Assembly (NCBI GenBank): GCA_036172245.1
Contig: JAYWIR010000028.1
Location: forward strand, 1,240,001-1,304,000
DNA from: Raillietiella orientalis
Lineage: Eukaryota
Reading direction: 5' to 3'
DNA length: 64,000 nucleotides
Position numbers and translations under genes: made by a program. Of the stretch, positions 10,713-23,949 are shown one piece after another. Numbering within the stretch: the stretch's first letter is position 1; each line of letters begins with the position of its first letter. The notes below the pieces were generated by a model. It saw only the letters and a program-made list of their open reading frames with translations, had not been told where the DNA came from and did no database searches.

Positions 10713-11479
10713 CGCAGGAGCAAGGGATACGTGGAAGATAGAGAGATTCCAAGTCTGGCGTGGGGGGATCGACACATGAACCCTACGGTCTTCTGCATCG
10801 CGCTGCATCATCGTTCGGTCGATTGCGAAGTGACGTGTGCGCTGCAGAAGTCCCAAGGGGTTGGAGGAAAGAACATACACACATAAACACACACACGAAA
10901 AAAAAAAAAAACAAAAAAAGAAAAAAAAAAAAAAACGCATTCTTTTCCAAGTCACGAAAGAACTTTGATATCTCCGAAATATAGCCAAGCGAAGGAGGAT
11001 GGTCTCCACCAGAAGCACAGCATGTCTCTCTGTCTAGCGTGAAGGTTGAGATGGATGCTGCGGATTCCGGCTGCAGATTGGGCAGCCCGTTGCGAAAGCT
11101 GCAGTCACGGTTGCAGATCTTGGATGAAAGCTGTTTTGCTCATGTTGTGAAGCCTAAAGATATTTTCTTAAACGAGACATTTTGGTTCTGAATACAATTA
11201 CCTTGGAGTACTGTGCGATAAGTAAGACTTGAGGTTTTTTGTTTTTTGCTTTGTTTTGAAACTTCGCTTGCTGAGCACCACACTTCCACGGTAACTGAAC
11301 GCACCCTTTCGCGAAAGAAAAGAAAAAGGGGCAGCTGTGAGTTCAAAGGCAAAAGGAAAAAGATGAATATCCCAACCCCTTTGTACGTCTTTCCTCTGAT
11401 GTTCCGGTGTGTGCCGTCATTAACCAACTTGATCCCCCTCCCCCCCCACGGATGGGACAGAGGCGATATCTCTGATTTG

Positions 11480-12850
11480 CCAGAGTCTGGTCGTGCTCGA
11501 GATCGTCGAACCTTCACTCCCCGTACCTTTCTCAGTGGATGCAAGAACGATACGATGTCTTCAGCAGGGGGTGACTCCTCTGTTTCCATTCTCACCTGCG
11601 GATTTCGATTGCAGTTTCGCATGCCAGATGTGTAGCAGGCACGCAGCTGTCCCATCAAGCATCAGCGAGGTTTCAGGAGTACCTCAGTTCGGGGCTCGTA
11701 GCAACCCGCTCCTGCGTACCCCAAAGGCAGATGATGAGCCAGCACCGGCGCACACCCTGCAACGTCTCGCTGTTCCCATGCGCCGAGCGGTTTTCCATCC
11801 GTGTTTTTCTGCTACGTGGACGCTTCCTATCTTCCCTCGACCGCCGCAGATAAGGATCTGTTCCCTCAGAGGAGGAGGGCTGGAGGTTCCACGTCTCAGC
11901 GGGAAGTGCTGCTGAATGCATCAACTTGCTTGGATGGTCACGGCTGTGCCGCACGGAGTTTCGGCAGGAGGGGAGGACCACGCTCCGCTGGAACCATCCC
12001 CATTGCTCGTCGTCGCTCTCCCTGCGAAAGTCCCGTGGATTTGCACGTAGTGTTTATCTGACCGAAACCGAGGTCGGATGAGGTGTTGATCCGATAAGGA
12101 GCGTAGCTGGTCTCGGCAGCCGCACGTTCTCCCGGACCCGAGGCCTTCCTCGTTTTCCAGCTGCAATTGGATCTTCCCATGGCTCCAAGCGCGCCCTCGC
12201 GTGTTTCGGGAGCGTTCGATCGAGCAGGATTCAATTAGCGTTTTGCACGTCAGCTGCATCCCGTTCGGCAGATCCGGGCAAATAGTGACCGTCTTTTCAT
12301 GTTCGTGGAGCGTGGACCGCCCTCGTTAGCGTAGCTTTTCAACCGGGGAAACTTCCATGAGTGCCGGCTTCCTGAACCGATGACCTTTCGGTCGGATCCC
12401 CATGTCGCGCTCTAGCGCCGGCTCTCTTTCCATCCATGAACAACGGGATCCGTGCAGGCTAGGCGTTGTGAGTGCTTCTGCGATCGGGATACGTTTTGCT
12501 ACCGGCATGCAATAGAACAGCAGAGGCAAAACGTCCGCGTGTCAAGCTATGGAACACTTGAAACTTCATGGATCATCAAACTCACGGAAGGTAAAAATGG
12601 ACTGGGCGGAGCGCTGCATCAAGCAAGCATCGAAGACGGAAGAACCCGACGATGTTTATCAAGACACATGAGAAGAATGGCGTTAAAGAAGGCAAACCAC
12701 AAGGAAGGAAGTTTACGTCTTTCGTTTGAGCACCGGAAATACATCCCAGTCTTAAGATGGCTTAGCGCCGAAGTGGCGGCGCAAGACACCCATGATGAAT
12801 GAGAGATCTTGACTCTGGAGCTCGCCTCAAGGAGACGTACCTTGCGTTGG
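11480..12850 (+). mobile_element. Decayed Ty3/gypsy LTR retrotransposon (end of RNase H plus integrase)
   Basis: Collinear degenerate integrase motifs read by eye: LAVPMRRAVFH (~11770), SPCESPVDLHVVF (~12020-12055), and NGLAERCIKQA (~12596-12630) restored by deleting one G. Stops and frameshifts throughout. Confidence 0.6.
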
Positions 12851-14499
12851 CGTACCTTTTCTGTGCAGCCTCGCATCCTGCTGCGGATTTGATCTTGGCA
12901 GAGCAACCTGTAATCCTGACGCCTAAACGGTGTTCCGTGTCTTCGCTTCGTGAGCAATGTCTGCCTAGGAAAAAGGGAGGAACACCTCTCTGGAGCGCAG
13001 GCATGCCCTCTCTGGGATTTTCCCGGTGCCTGGCCAACGCAGTTCCCACAGGTGGGTACCACCAGTTGCGACGTCATCCCTTGTCAATAGGTTCGCCGTC
13101 CTCAGCGAGCACATTTTTGCCGAAAATTCCCCTTCCGAGAACCCACGAGCGGACGGTCCGTTATCTTGCTCATCGCAGAATCCTAAGCAAGAAAGATGAT
13201 TAAAGGGAGACTCCCGGGCCTTGCATGCGAGCACCATAAATATCTGAACCATCACAGCCGGAATAAACTGTTGGAAGCGACCTCTGGAGAACTCTTGCAT
13301 TGAATTGCAACTCACCCTGCTCTCTTCATTTGTTAGAGAGAATGCTTTGAACAAACAAACGTTTATCTCAGCACTTCGAGACCGATCACGCATGGGATGG
13401 TGGTAATCATCCGCAGGATCACAAACATCTGCAAGAGAGAGATTGTCGTCATCAATTTTTTTTTTTTTTTCTTTTTTCTCATCTTTAATAATTGAGTCTT
13501 CGTCGCTTTTCATGATGATCCCTTCTCGAAATCTCAATCAGATCCTCCATCTTCGGGGCGATGCTCGTAATTGCTAAAAATGATGAAGCAGGAGGTCTGA
13601 AATTGAGAGTGGCCGAAGATGCTTGATTCTGGAGGATGCGTCCACCGCACAACGCGGCGAAACTTTTCCCAAAATCAACTCGGACAAGGCAGACCCAATT
13701 TTCCAGGAATCGAAAAAAAAAAAAAAAAAATTCCGATGTCAAGGAAGAAACTCCATCAGCTGCGGCCCTCGCCTCGTCTTTTTTTCAGACTCTCAGCGTT
13801 CGAATTCCTGTGAAGCATTAGGGCTGGATAAAACCAGAATAGCAAGCAGCTTTTAATTGGAAACCAGCTGGTCTTCCGGTGGGTGCCATCTAGTGGGAAC
13901 TCGTGAAGCACAGTGGAATGTGTCGAAGTCGACCTTGCAGTGGTCGGTCATCCATCTCGGAAGCAAACAGAACGCTCTGGAAGGAAAATCCGTCTCGCGA
14001 AGCATCCTTGGGGAGGTTGCTAAGGGCCAGGAATCTCGGCTTGAGTAATCTTGGAGATTTTTTTTTTTTTAGAAAGCTAGGGAGAGAGCTAGAAAAAATG
14101 AAAATCCTACTCCTGCGGATGTAGGGCACGGAGTAGTGACAAGACGGTAACAGATGGGTTCCTTTTATATCAGGAATGCTGCGCTGCTTTGAACAGAATA
14201 AGATAGCATATGGTAAAATGAGTGGGCGCGACCCCATCATTAGATCTGTTTGTCTTTCTTCTCGACGAGGTAGAACGGATTGGACGCGCGCAGCGCTGAT
14301 TAAATAGCAAGCCAGTGGGGCTGGGGCTCTAGTCGCGTCGCTGATCGGGCTCATTCAGGTCTTCGGCTAGCTTGATGGGGTCGTCGTGCAGTCAGTGTGA
14401 CCATGCGATCGCGTGCTGTCTTCCATAATGCGTGTGCCGATCTTCGATGGGCCGAAAAACGGGCTGGAAAGGTCGGTGGATGACCAGCCCTTCAGCGTC

Positions 14500-15330
14500 C
14501 AAGGTCCCAAGAGCGATGGCCTTCGACAAAACAACAACGGCGACGAAGGGAAACTGCACAAAGAGTACGACGCGTTTGGTTTTGGATGGGTTGCGGTCAA
14601 GAAGATAAGCGAGAAACCAGGACCGGGTTATGAGCTGTTCGCCAGAGGGCTAGGAGCAATTAAGGAAACGTAAAACGTACATCTCCGTTCGTTTATTTGC
14701 CAGCAGCTGCCTGAGCGCCGGGGTCAGCGGAAATCCACGTACCCCCGGGGTAATGGATAATAAGAAGCGAAGCGGCTTGGTGTCGTGGAAACGTCTGAGG
14801 ACCGGGCGGAAGCGGAGATGATGGTCTCTTTCGGTGTATGGAGTCGGGATAACGGCGAGGGGGCTGGGGGGAGTCGCTTCGGCCCAACGACTGCCGTTCG
14901 CGCCTTGCGTGCCAGTCGCACTCCTGGATGCGGCACGCCCGTATCTGGATTACTTCGAAGGCGCTTCCTGAAAGCAAGCCCGCTTTCTCGTGTGGCGCGT
15001 GGGCGTTGCGTGGCAAATCCCCCACGGGCTGAGAAGGGGGCTGGAGAGCATCTCGATTTTCGTGCGTGGACTCGGATGCCTCACCAGGAAGCAGTTGCGA
15101 TCGTGGAGGGCAGGAATCACGCGTCATGGCAGGGCGCATCTGGCTGCTCTTTACGCACGCAGCAGCGCGAACGCGCGGGCGGCCCCCGCCTGCGCTCCAT
15201 TCCGCGGCGCCCTGCGCCTTTGTCCCGGGGACGGCCACCTGCCATCTGCGTCCCGTAGCAAGAAGAGGCGGTGGATGCACTCCCGACTTCCACCGGAGGA
15301 GCTGGTCGCTTCTCCCCGTGACCGTCATCG
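14500..15330 (+). mobile_element. Decayed Penelope-like element, reverse transcriptase remnant
   Basis: GKLHKE..VAVKKISEKPGPGYELFARGL resembles PKIHK..RPIVS..GSP.Y.LAK.L. EMMVSFGV (~14815) resembles MVSFDV. EGRNHASWQGASGCSL resembles G..Y.Q..G.AMGSPL. Motifs are in the right order; by-eye only. Confidence 0.45.
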
Positions 15331-15479
15331 AATTCCGAGAAAACTCGGGAAGCTTCCAAGGCCACAGGGTTTTCTAATCGTCTCCCTCCCACCACTCCCC
15401 TGCCACGACAGTTTCCATCCTTTCCCGCCAGGATTCCCAGTGACTTGAGCGAGGTCTGCGAGATCGATCCGTGAGAGAG

Positions 15480-16950
15480 AGAGATGCTTTTTCTTCGTCC
15501 CACCTTTTTTCCAGTAGGGACGTGGCTTTGAGATGGCTGCGTTCATCCTGCGGTTCGCTAGACCCTCCAGGCGGCCTCTGCAGGGTTCCCGCTGCCGCTC
15601 TTCTGACATTCCGTTTGTCGGCACACTGTGGCGTCGCCGTTTTTGGAAGAGGCGCGAGCGCCCTCTTCGAACCTCTTTTTCGGCAACCACCAGGGACTGC
15701 CTCGGATCTTGGGAACCTCCGCTGGAGGCTGGCAGCGCGTCAGCTTGCATCCAGCCTTCCACCGCGCTCCAGACGGTCTCCGCCGGAAATAGCGACGGTC
15801 CCGGGACTCCACAGGCTGCGCACTTCCTAGCGAGGCTCCTGCCGTTTCTCAGCTTCGCATCGGGATATTGCTGTTCCTCCTTCGGCGGAGAAGGAAGGTA
15901 GGCACCACGGGAGGATCCCTGAGCGGATGGCAGAGTCCGAGTGGCACGGGGGCGGGGGAAGGGAATCTGGAGGATTTGGGAGAGCCCTCCAGCCGCAAGA
16001 AGCTGTCCTGGTGTCCCTCGAAAGGTCTCTGCAGGCGGTCCTGTTCTCACGAGCAGGAGAGATGAGATTCCGTCGAAGTCGCTCCCTTGCTAGAATCCTG
16101 TGCGGGGACGGGGGAATTCCTGCAGGTGGCTGACTGGGAAAAACTGCGTTGGACCTCAGGACTCCTAGGATGTGGAGTTGGGAGTGCCGTTGTCATGAGA
16201 TGCTACATTGGAGATGATACATATCCACATCTGCTGGTTCAAATACCACCTCCTCTTCGGAAATTCGAAACGTTCATCCCACTGAAGTTGTCATCATCTT
16301 CCCAAGAAAAAAAATCCTCCAGGAGGATTTGGAGAAACTCTTTTCATGCGCATTTTGCTGTTTACCATCATAGTAAAATGGAGGGGGAGGGGTACGAAGG
16401 GTACGAACCGACCATCATAGTGAATGAGGGGAGGCTCTTCCATCTTCGCAGCCTTCAAAGCCCATCTCGTCCCCATGGCGAAGAAGTTGTTAGTGGGGCT
16501 GTTTTCGGCATAGGTAGGGTGAGACATCTGGTGCTTCCGGTTTGCTTCCCGGGAGATTTTTTTTGTTAAGCCAATGGCAGCATCCATCAACCAACTTGTG
16601 GTCGTTCTTACGTAGGATTTGTGTGCGCAACGGTTGAGGACTTTCCGGAGAAGTGCTTCCTCGGTCGCACGCACCCACTGCGCAAGAGGCTGGCGACCCT
16701 CTGCCACGGGCGCGTCTCGCGCAGGAATGAGAACGAGCCGGGCCCGTGCACACCTCGGGGACACCAGGGTGTTCGAGTGCACGCATCCCTTTCTTGGCGC
16801 ATGTCTCCTGTCTCCTCGCAAGCCTCAGTTCTCTAAGCACCTTGCCTTCCTCTGGATTCCTGGAAAACCGGGAACCCTGCGCGCGATGCTCTACCTGTTG
16901 TGGCGTTCTTTTGGAAGCGAACCGAAGAGACAGTCCTCGGTAGTCCTCTC
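15480..16950 (+). mobile_element. Possible decayed DIRS-type element (post-RNase H and tyrosine-recombinase region)
   Basis: HLFSSRDV..SLDP resembles DLFAS..N..DP; KLSWCPSKG resembles F..WC..G; LCAQRLRTF resembles LCPVRAL..Y. Weak. Confidence 0.3.
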
Positions 16951-17749
16951 CACGACTTCCTCTTTCTGTACCATCCCCGAACACTCAGGGTAACCACCCG
17001 TGGGATCAGCTCCCCTTCACCTCGAAGTGCCAGGTTCTCCTCCGGAGCTATTCTCATTCCACAAATAGGGCAGAAGCGAGATTTCAGGGCAACCCATTAA
17101 TAATGATCTCAGAGGGACCTCTCGAAGAAGCAAATTCTAAAGTTCGTGGGATAAGTTCAAGAAGAGACAGAGACACTGTAGAGCCACGATTCAGATCAGT
17201 CGTGCACCCAGAGGGCGAGTAGGCACTGTGGAGTTCTTGGAGGTGGGGGCAGATGCTGGCTCAACGGTTCTTACGTGTACTCAGAACCACTGAAAGAGGA
17301 GGACTCGAAGATTTCACAGACATGTCTTCAGTTCTGCGGCTTTCCACCCAGGAGACCAACAGGATCTCGAAGTGATTAGTTCCCGGAAGGGCGGAGTAGG
17401 GAACCAGGTTCCCCGTTGTTTCAGGAAGAGCTGCGATTGGGAGGAAGAAGGTTCCTGCTCCGTTCGGTTCCCGATATCTTCCCCGAATCCTGAACTTCCT
17501 CTCTTCAGAATTTTCCCGCCTCTCCCTGCACACTACCCCAGGGCTCCAGGCCGCCATCTGCTCCACGAGCGGGAGAAGGCAAAGAGATAAGAGTCGGCTT
17601 ACAGATAGCAGGGAACTTGGACGGCCGCTCGCCCACGCAAAGTGTGTGGTCTCGAGAGGATGGCCGCCCTCTTTGTCAGTCGCCGCGTCGATCGAGTGAC
17701 GCCGCAGGTTGGGCCGCAACCGGATGTGATGGAAGGTCGCACACGTCCC

Positions 17750-19450
17750 TCATCAGCAACCGGTAGCCGCGTTCCGAAATTTCAAGGGAAGATCTGCTCC
17801 AGGAATCGTCGTTTCGGAGGATACGCTCGGGTTCGAGCTCCGCCTCTTCGTCTGGGGGCACTTCCTGCCCTTTCCCAGAGAGCTGCAGCCAGGAACGAAG
17901 GGGAATAGCTGCCTGGAACTGCCCTGGGACCATGGGCTCAAGCAACGGGGAACTAATCCCTCTGTTCCTGCGGGATCGTGCCGGAGTGCATCCTTCGAAG
18001 CGCAAAGCCCCTGATTTCTGATGTGCCTCCCTGCTGCAGGCGCGTACAGGAGCGGAGGGGATTCGCTGCCGTTCCTCCTCGCCGCTCATGGGGTGTGGTC
18101 AGCAGTCTCCAAGAACCGAAAGTGAAACTCGTTCCTCGTCGCGTTCCGCCCGGTGCTCCTGGGGACATTCCCAGCTACCCAAGGGGAGCTGACTGCTTCG
18201 TGTGTCCAGACGGACTGTTGGCTACGCTGGCGCTGTGTCGTCCCACAGAGTACCGCATGTGCGATGATGTTCCTTCCGCTCCCTACCTTGAGAGCGGGAC
18301 GCGACGGTAATCACCTTGTGACAATCTGTTCAGTTCAGTTCTTGCGATCCTAACCTCGGCACTCGGCAGAGCGCCACCTCAACCGCCCACCTCCAGTTCA
18401 TTTGCTCTCCTGAAGGGGAACAGATGCCCCGTTGGCGTCCTCGGACACGTCCGGGCACTCAGTATAGCTCCCGGGAAGCTGCAAAAGAAGAAAAGATCAG
18501 CGAGGGACGGTCGGGTTTCATGAAGGAAGTGCCCACCGAGCTCCAAGTCGAGAAGAGCAGAAGTCCTTCCTGGCACCCTGTCTCCTGCGACGAATCCTCC
18601 TCGGTTCCGTGAAACGCTGCGTGTGAGGCGACAGTTGTCCGCAGCGTGGCGAGCAGCGTGCAGTCGAGTGGTCAGTCGTGCAGTCTCAGCGGACTTCAGT
18701 CCACAGAGAACGTTCGTTCTCTGTGGACCACATCTGGTATTGGCCTTTTGAGGAGTTTCAGAGGAGGAGGTCTGAAATTGCCATCCACAAGGGCGACCTC
18801 TGAGAAATGCGGAACAGATGGTCCACATTTCTCATTTTCTCATGTCATCTTGGCCGGAGGGCAGCAGAGGTTCCGGATCCGTTCGCACTGCAAGCTGAAG
18901 GAGGAGGAGGAGGGACACATGAGAGACCTCTAACCCCTGGGGAATGACGGAGACTCCTGCTCCGGTTCGCCGGAGGCACAAGAAAAGTCTCTTCCGGTCT
19001 GTCTGCTCCTCCAGGGGACGACCCAGGAGGAGGCTGAAGCTCCCGACCTTCGTTGTTGCCGGGACAGGGGAAGCGAACGGGCTGTGACCTTCTTCACCTT
19101 GGCCGGGAGTGTCTCTCGAGCCCCCGGGCATCAACAAGCGCATTGCCTCGGGGAGTCCAAGAGCAGCGAGGGAAGGGGGACCTCACGTGGGGTGGCAGCT
19201 GCCCTCGGAGCTCTTTGGAGACTGCCAGCCTCTCGACCCTTCGTCTTCCAGCCCGGCTGTGGACATATCGATCTGAACATCCGCAGCAGAGGGCGAGAGG
19301 AGCCCAGGGGCGCGGCCTCCTGCACGATCTCCTCTGGAGTTTCCGGAGGAACAACTATTCCTAGGCACGCGCCAGGAAGCTTCTGGGAGCTCCGGCTGAC
19401 CCCTTCTGAGGTTCGCAAGCAGGGAGAGTGAGTCTCTGGAGTGTCTGGAG
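17750..19450 (+). mobile_element. Decayed Ty3/gypsy (Mag-like) gag-pol remnant
   Basis: YPRGADCFVC..LATLALC resembles the CPA...C..C...GH...C gag knuckle (~18176). GFMKEVPTELQVEKSRSP marks the RT start. NVR/LCG (~18709, 1-nt indel) and FSFSHVIL resemble RLCGD and FS.LDL. Confidence 0.5.
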
Positions 19451-22400
19451 CGGCCTTGAGCGAAGTGCCCGGCAGCCACTCGAGCAAGGAGCGAGGCGCC
19501 TCCTGACCTTCCTCCTTCCCTACTCTTCTCAGCTGCCGGCGAATCCCCCTCCCCGTCCTCGAACCGATTCGAGCGACTCGAGGAAGGGGGGTCGCTGGGA
19601 GACCTCTCGGCTCGATCTCCTTCCGGATCGATCGGTGCACGTCGCGTTTCTCCTCGCGGATGGTCAACCATGTGGTCGGCGAAGGTGTTCTCCTGCTTCC
19701 GCGCGTGGTTGCCTCGCCTCTCTCGAGGCCCCCTCCCTCCCCCCCCGGGGCGTCCCTCGCGGGTGCGGGTCGTTCCTGAGCATCGCGCGTGCCTTCCGGG
19801 TGGGGGTCCCCACTCCTTCTGGGCGAGTTAGCTCACAACCCACGAGGGGCGATTCCGGGACGGATGGGGAGGAGAGTCCTACTTCGGGAGGGGCGGGGAG
19901 ACCGTCCCACTAGCCGCGGGGGCGTGACTGCTTCCAAGGGAGTAATAGAGAGGATCCTCCTTCGGAAACGGTGGTTTTCGAGTGCATCCCCTCCCCCTCA
20001 GCACTTCCCTGCGCCCCCCTCAGCCTCCCCCCCCCCTCTTCCCTGAGAGCCTCTCTGCGCAGGACTTCCTGCTCGTCTCCCCCGTCCACCCCCTTCCTCC
20101 ATTTCAATGTCCTTGCCACCACCGCCTTTGTCTTCCCGTCCGTTCTTTGAACCCTTCGATGCGCGGGATGCCTCCAAAGTGGCTCCCGCTTCCCTCCCAT
20201 CCCCTTCCCCCTCCTGCGCTACCGCGTCACCCCTCTTCTCGTTGCCGCCTCGTTGTGGACGGACCGCCCCTGGACCTCAGGGTGGCTCTGGAGCTTTTCA
20301 AAGGAACTCGCAGGTAGGCACCAGCCGCGCGCGCGCAGGAAGAAGGAAGGACGCGTGGGGGAAGGGGGAAGAATCCTGTGCCCGGAGGCGCAGGATTTGC
20401 TCTTCTGGGAGACATGTCCTGGGGTCCGCGTGGGCACCGATTACCTCCCGATCTTCAGGAACGGCGGGGCAGCCAATCAAAGCGGAGGGATGTGCAGGAG
20501 GAAGGGGATCCGACCTGCTCGTTCCCTGAGGGACTCCCGGCCGGGATGGCTCCTTCGGACGAAACGGGGGCGTCTACAGATGGCCTTCGGGAGGCTGGGG
20601 GACTGAGAGGCCGTGGTCGCCTGTTCTTCGGAGAGAGAGGAAAAGGGAGAAGGGGAGGAGGGGAACGGGCGAGTGTGGCGGACCTTTCCTTTGCTCTCCC
20701 CCTCCCATTTTCCCCTCCGGGGCCCGGCGTCGGCTCTGATTCGCACCCACCCGCCCTCTCGAAGCTCGCGGTCATGCATCACGGGCGAGCGTCCGAGGTG
20801 TCAGCTGACCACTTGAACAAAGACGGATGACCGGCGGTGGCGGGTCACCGAGAAAGCCGAGGCGTGGACGGGAGGACGGAGCGGCGGGGGTGGGAGTGGG
20901 GTGGTCTGCGCGGGCGGGAGGGGACGAAGGAAGGCGCGAAGCGACGGGCAAGGGGTTGCTCTGCCTCGGGCACCGTCGGAGATCGAGGACGGCGCTTCCT
21001 TCTCCCTCTCACCTCGAAGAGGAGAAAGGGAAACGTGAGGGGAACAGGGAGGAGGGGGGGGGAAGGCGCCTCCCCACAACGCTGTGGGTGGGACACGGAA
21101 CCAGGCGCCCTAGGGTGACGCTACGACGGCGGCGCCGGGAGGACGGCAGCAGCAACTTCTCTCAGGAAGAGGCATCCACGCTGTGACTCTCTCAGGAGGC
21201 TGACAGACAGGAGGCGGAATGGTCTCCAGGGATCTCTTCGGTCCAGTGGGAGGGTGTCCTCGTGGCAGGGTCGCATGCCCTGGGATGAGCGTGTTGGGAG
21301 AGGACGGGGTCGAGCAGAGCCGAGTTTTTCCGGCTCGGCGGTCGAGACGCTGCAGGGAGAAAGATCTTCCAGGATGGAAAAAGGGGACCCAGCATCCTGA
21401 GCCTCGGCGTCTGGAGTCTCACCTCCCCCTCCTCCCTTCCTTTCTTTCAGCTCCCTCCGCTCCTCGCTGCCGCCGCCACTGCCGTTTTTTGAGGTCTTTC
21501 GCGCCGCGGGAGGTGCGACCCAGGGGATAAGAGGGGGGACAGGTCGGATCCCCTTTCTCCTCCGCATTCCTCCTTCACTGTCGACTGCTCCCGCCCTTCC
21601 AGAAGATCGGTCGGCAATCAGCGCCCCACGCGGACCTCATGACCCGCTTCCCAGAGGACAGGATCGCCCAGAGGAGTACTCCCTGCCTCTCGCACGCAGC
21701 GCGTGGTGCGTCTCCCTCCCCGAGTGGTGAGCGCTGCAGGAGGAAGAAGGGCATCCGCCCACGATGGCTGACGACGTCTTCAGTTCCTCGCCGGGAGCCT
21801 GGAGAAGGAAGCGTCTCGAGAGGCTTCCGGGTCCGTCAAGAGGTGGGAAGACGCAAGGGAGCACCTTCGCCGGTCCCATCAACCCTCCAGCCCAGAGCAC
21901 GTGCCTTTCGTGTGGTCGAGGAACCGGCGGAGGAGGAAGGGTGGGAGAAGAGGAAGGAAAGTCGCCGCCGCCGCCGCCGCAGCGCTCCGATCGCGCGCGG
22001 CTGAGATCGAAGCGCTGCCAATGCCATTTCTCTCGGCGAGCGTTCCGACCCCGCGAAAGATGGGGGAGGGGCCCGGCGGCGGAGAAAGGCGCAGTCTTTT
22101 GAAGCTCGCGCGTCGCCATGGTTTCCGGCCTCGCCGTTCCGCGCGCACCCTTTCCCGCCGCAATTAAAGGAGCGCACGGGTATTGCACTGACTGAAATCG
22201 TCCGCTTCCGTGAGAACGAGGAGCGGGAAGGTTCCCATCCTGCGGAGGAGGGAGTGAGGAGGAGTGCTGCCCCCGCCTCCTCCTCCTCCCCCCCTCTTCC
22301 TCTCCCTTTCGCTTCCGCGCGCGAGAGGATTTCCTGGAAGGACACGGGAGAGAAAGCCCGGGATGCCCGCAGCACGGCTGTCGCGGAAGACCCGCTTTCC

Positions 22401-23581
22401 CTCGAGAGGGGATCCGCGAGTCCAGGAACGCCTCCGCCGCCGTGGGTCGGACCCGCTGGTGGGGGAGGAGGGGAACAGGAAAGCCTGCGACCACCCTCTC
22501 CCCCGCGCGAACGAACGAGGCACGCCGGCGGCGGCGGCGGTCGCCTTAGCGATGCTGGCGGACGGGAGAGAGAGGCTGCATAGTCTCCAGCTCCCCCTTT
22601 CCAGCGGATGGGGGCGAAGACGCCCTTCCCCCCCAGGAACGCCTTGTTGACCTTTTCATCTTCCCATCAACCGTGATCTCGCGGCCGTTTCCCTGAGCCG
22701 CTGGGCGTGGGCCTGGCCCGCGAGTAGGGGCGGAGTGGGGTGCGGGCGAGTGAGGGGATGTGAAGGACCTCTTGGGGAGGCGGCGGGTCGGAGACACGGA
22801 AGATCCCTGGGGCGAATAGGACGGCGATCTCGATACCCCGCGTCTTGGATGAGAGATCACAAGGTCGCGACATCCCCTAGACCGCCAAACGAGGGGGAAA
22901 AGGAAAGGAGAGGCGAATGGGAGTCGAAGGAGGCGTTTGTCCGTGACGAATGGGGGGGAAGGGGAAGGGAGAGGGGAGGGGGGGGAAGCGAAGCAGCGAG
23001 AAGGTTGACGGCTTCCTGGAAGCTTCGGTTGATTCCCTCGGAGGCTGCTGAAAGCGCGAGTGCGCTTCGTCCATACCACGTTTTGCCTCCTCTCCGCTTG
23101 GTCCTCCTCGCGCTACCGGGACCTCTCCCCGTGAAGGGGAAGGGGAGAAAAAAAACCCTGAGGATTCTTTCCTCGTCCCGTGAAGAGAGGGAAGGGGAGG
23201 AGGGAGAGATCCCGAGTGGCGGGGGGCCGCAGTTCATCACAGACTCGGCCCGACGGTATGGCGCCGTCGCCCTCTCGAGTAGGGACTGGGGGAGCCGCAA
23301 GGGCGTTGAAGGAGCATCGAAGTGCGAGCGTTCCTCTGCTGCCCTCGAAAGGCGTCTGCGTCTTCCGGGAAACGACCATCGTCCGTCCCGTTCCGCACCG
23401 AAGGCGCAGGAGGGCTCAGTCGCGTCCTGGAGGGTCGAGTGGGGAAGCAGGTGGGCCCTCCGCACTTCTTGCGAAGGGCAGCGCCGCCTCAAGAGGTGCG
23501 GAGGATCCCCGAAGCGGCGCTCGCGACGCTTCAGCTGACGTCCTTGGATCCGGCGAGGCAAGGGGAAGGAGGAGGAGGAGA

Positions 23582-23662
23582 GGAAGGAAGAGGAAGAGGA
23601 GGAGGAGGGGAAGGAAGAGGAAGAGGAGGAGGAGGGGAAGGAAGAGGAAGAGGAGGAGGAGG
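23582..23662 (+). repeat. 3 x 27-bp purine-only tandem repeat (GGAAGGAAGAGGAAGAGGAGGAGGAGG)
   Basis: Three exact adjacent copies inside a ~110-nt pure purine tract (23560-23669). Confidence 0.95.
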
Positions 23663-23949
23663 AGGAGAGCCCGCGGTAGCAGTAGCAGACCGCGCCGGAA
23701 AGCCAGAGACGGGAAGAGATTCCCGGAAAGTCTCTCTGGGAAGATTCCCGCAGATGAGGCTCGGGGAAGAGACAGCCACTGCGGCATGCCGTCGCACCAG
23801 CATCCCGGAAGGGGGAGCTCTCTCAGCACACGCGCCCCGAACGCGCGCGTGGAAAAAAAAAAAACAAAAAAAAAAAAAAGGGCAACCTGAGAGAATGAGA
23901 GCTGCCGGAAGCGGAACACTCGGGAGGGAATCACTGCGTTCACACGTTC

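Noticed and set aside
23582..23662. 27-bp direct repeats as a CRISPR array
   Set aside because: Copies are adjacent with no spacers, low complexity, no cas genes, and the context is eukaryotic.
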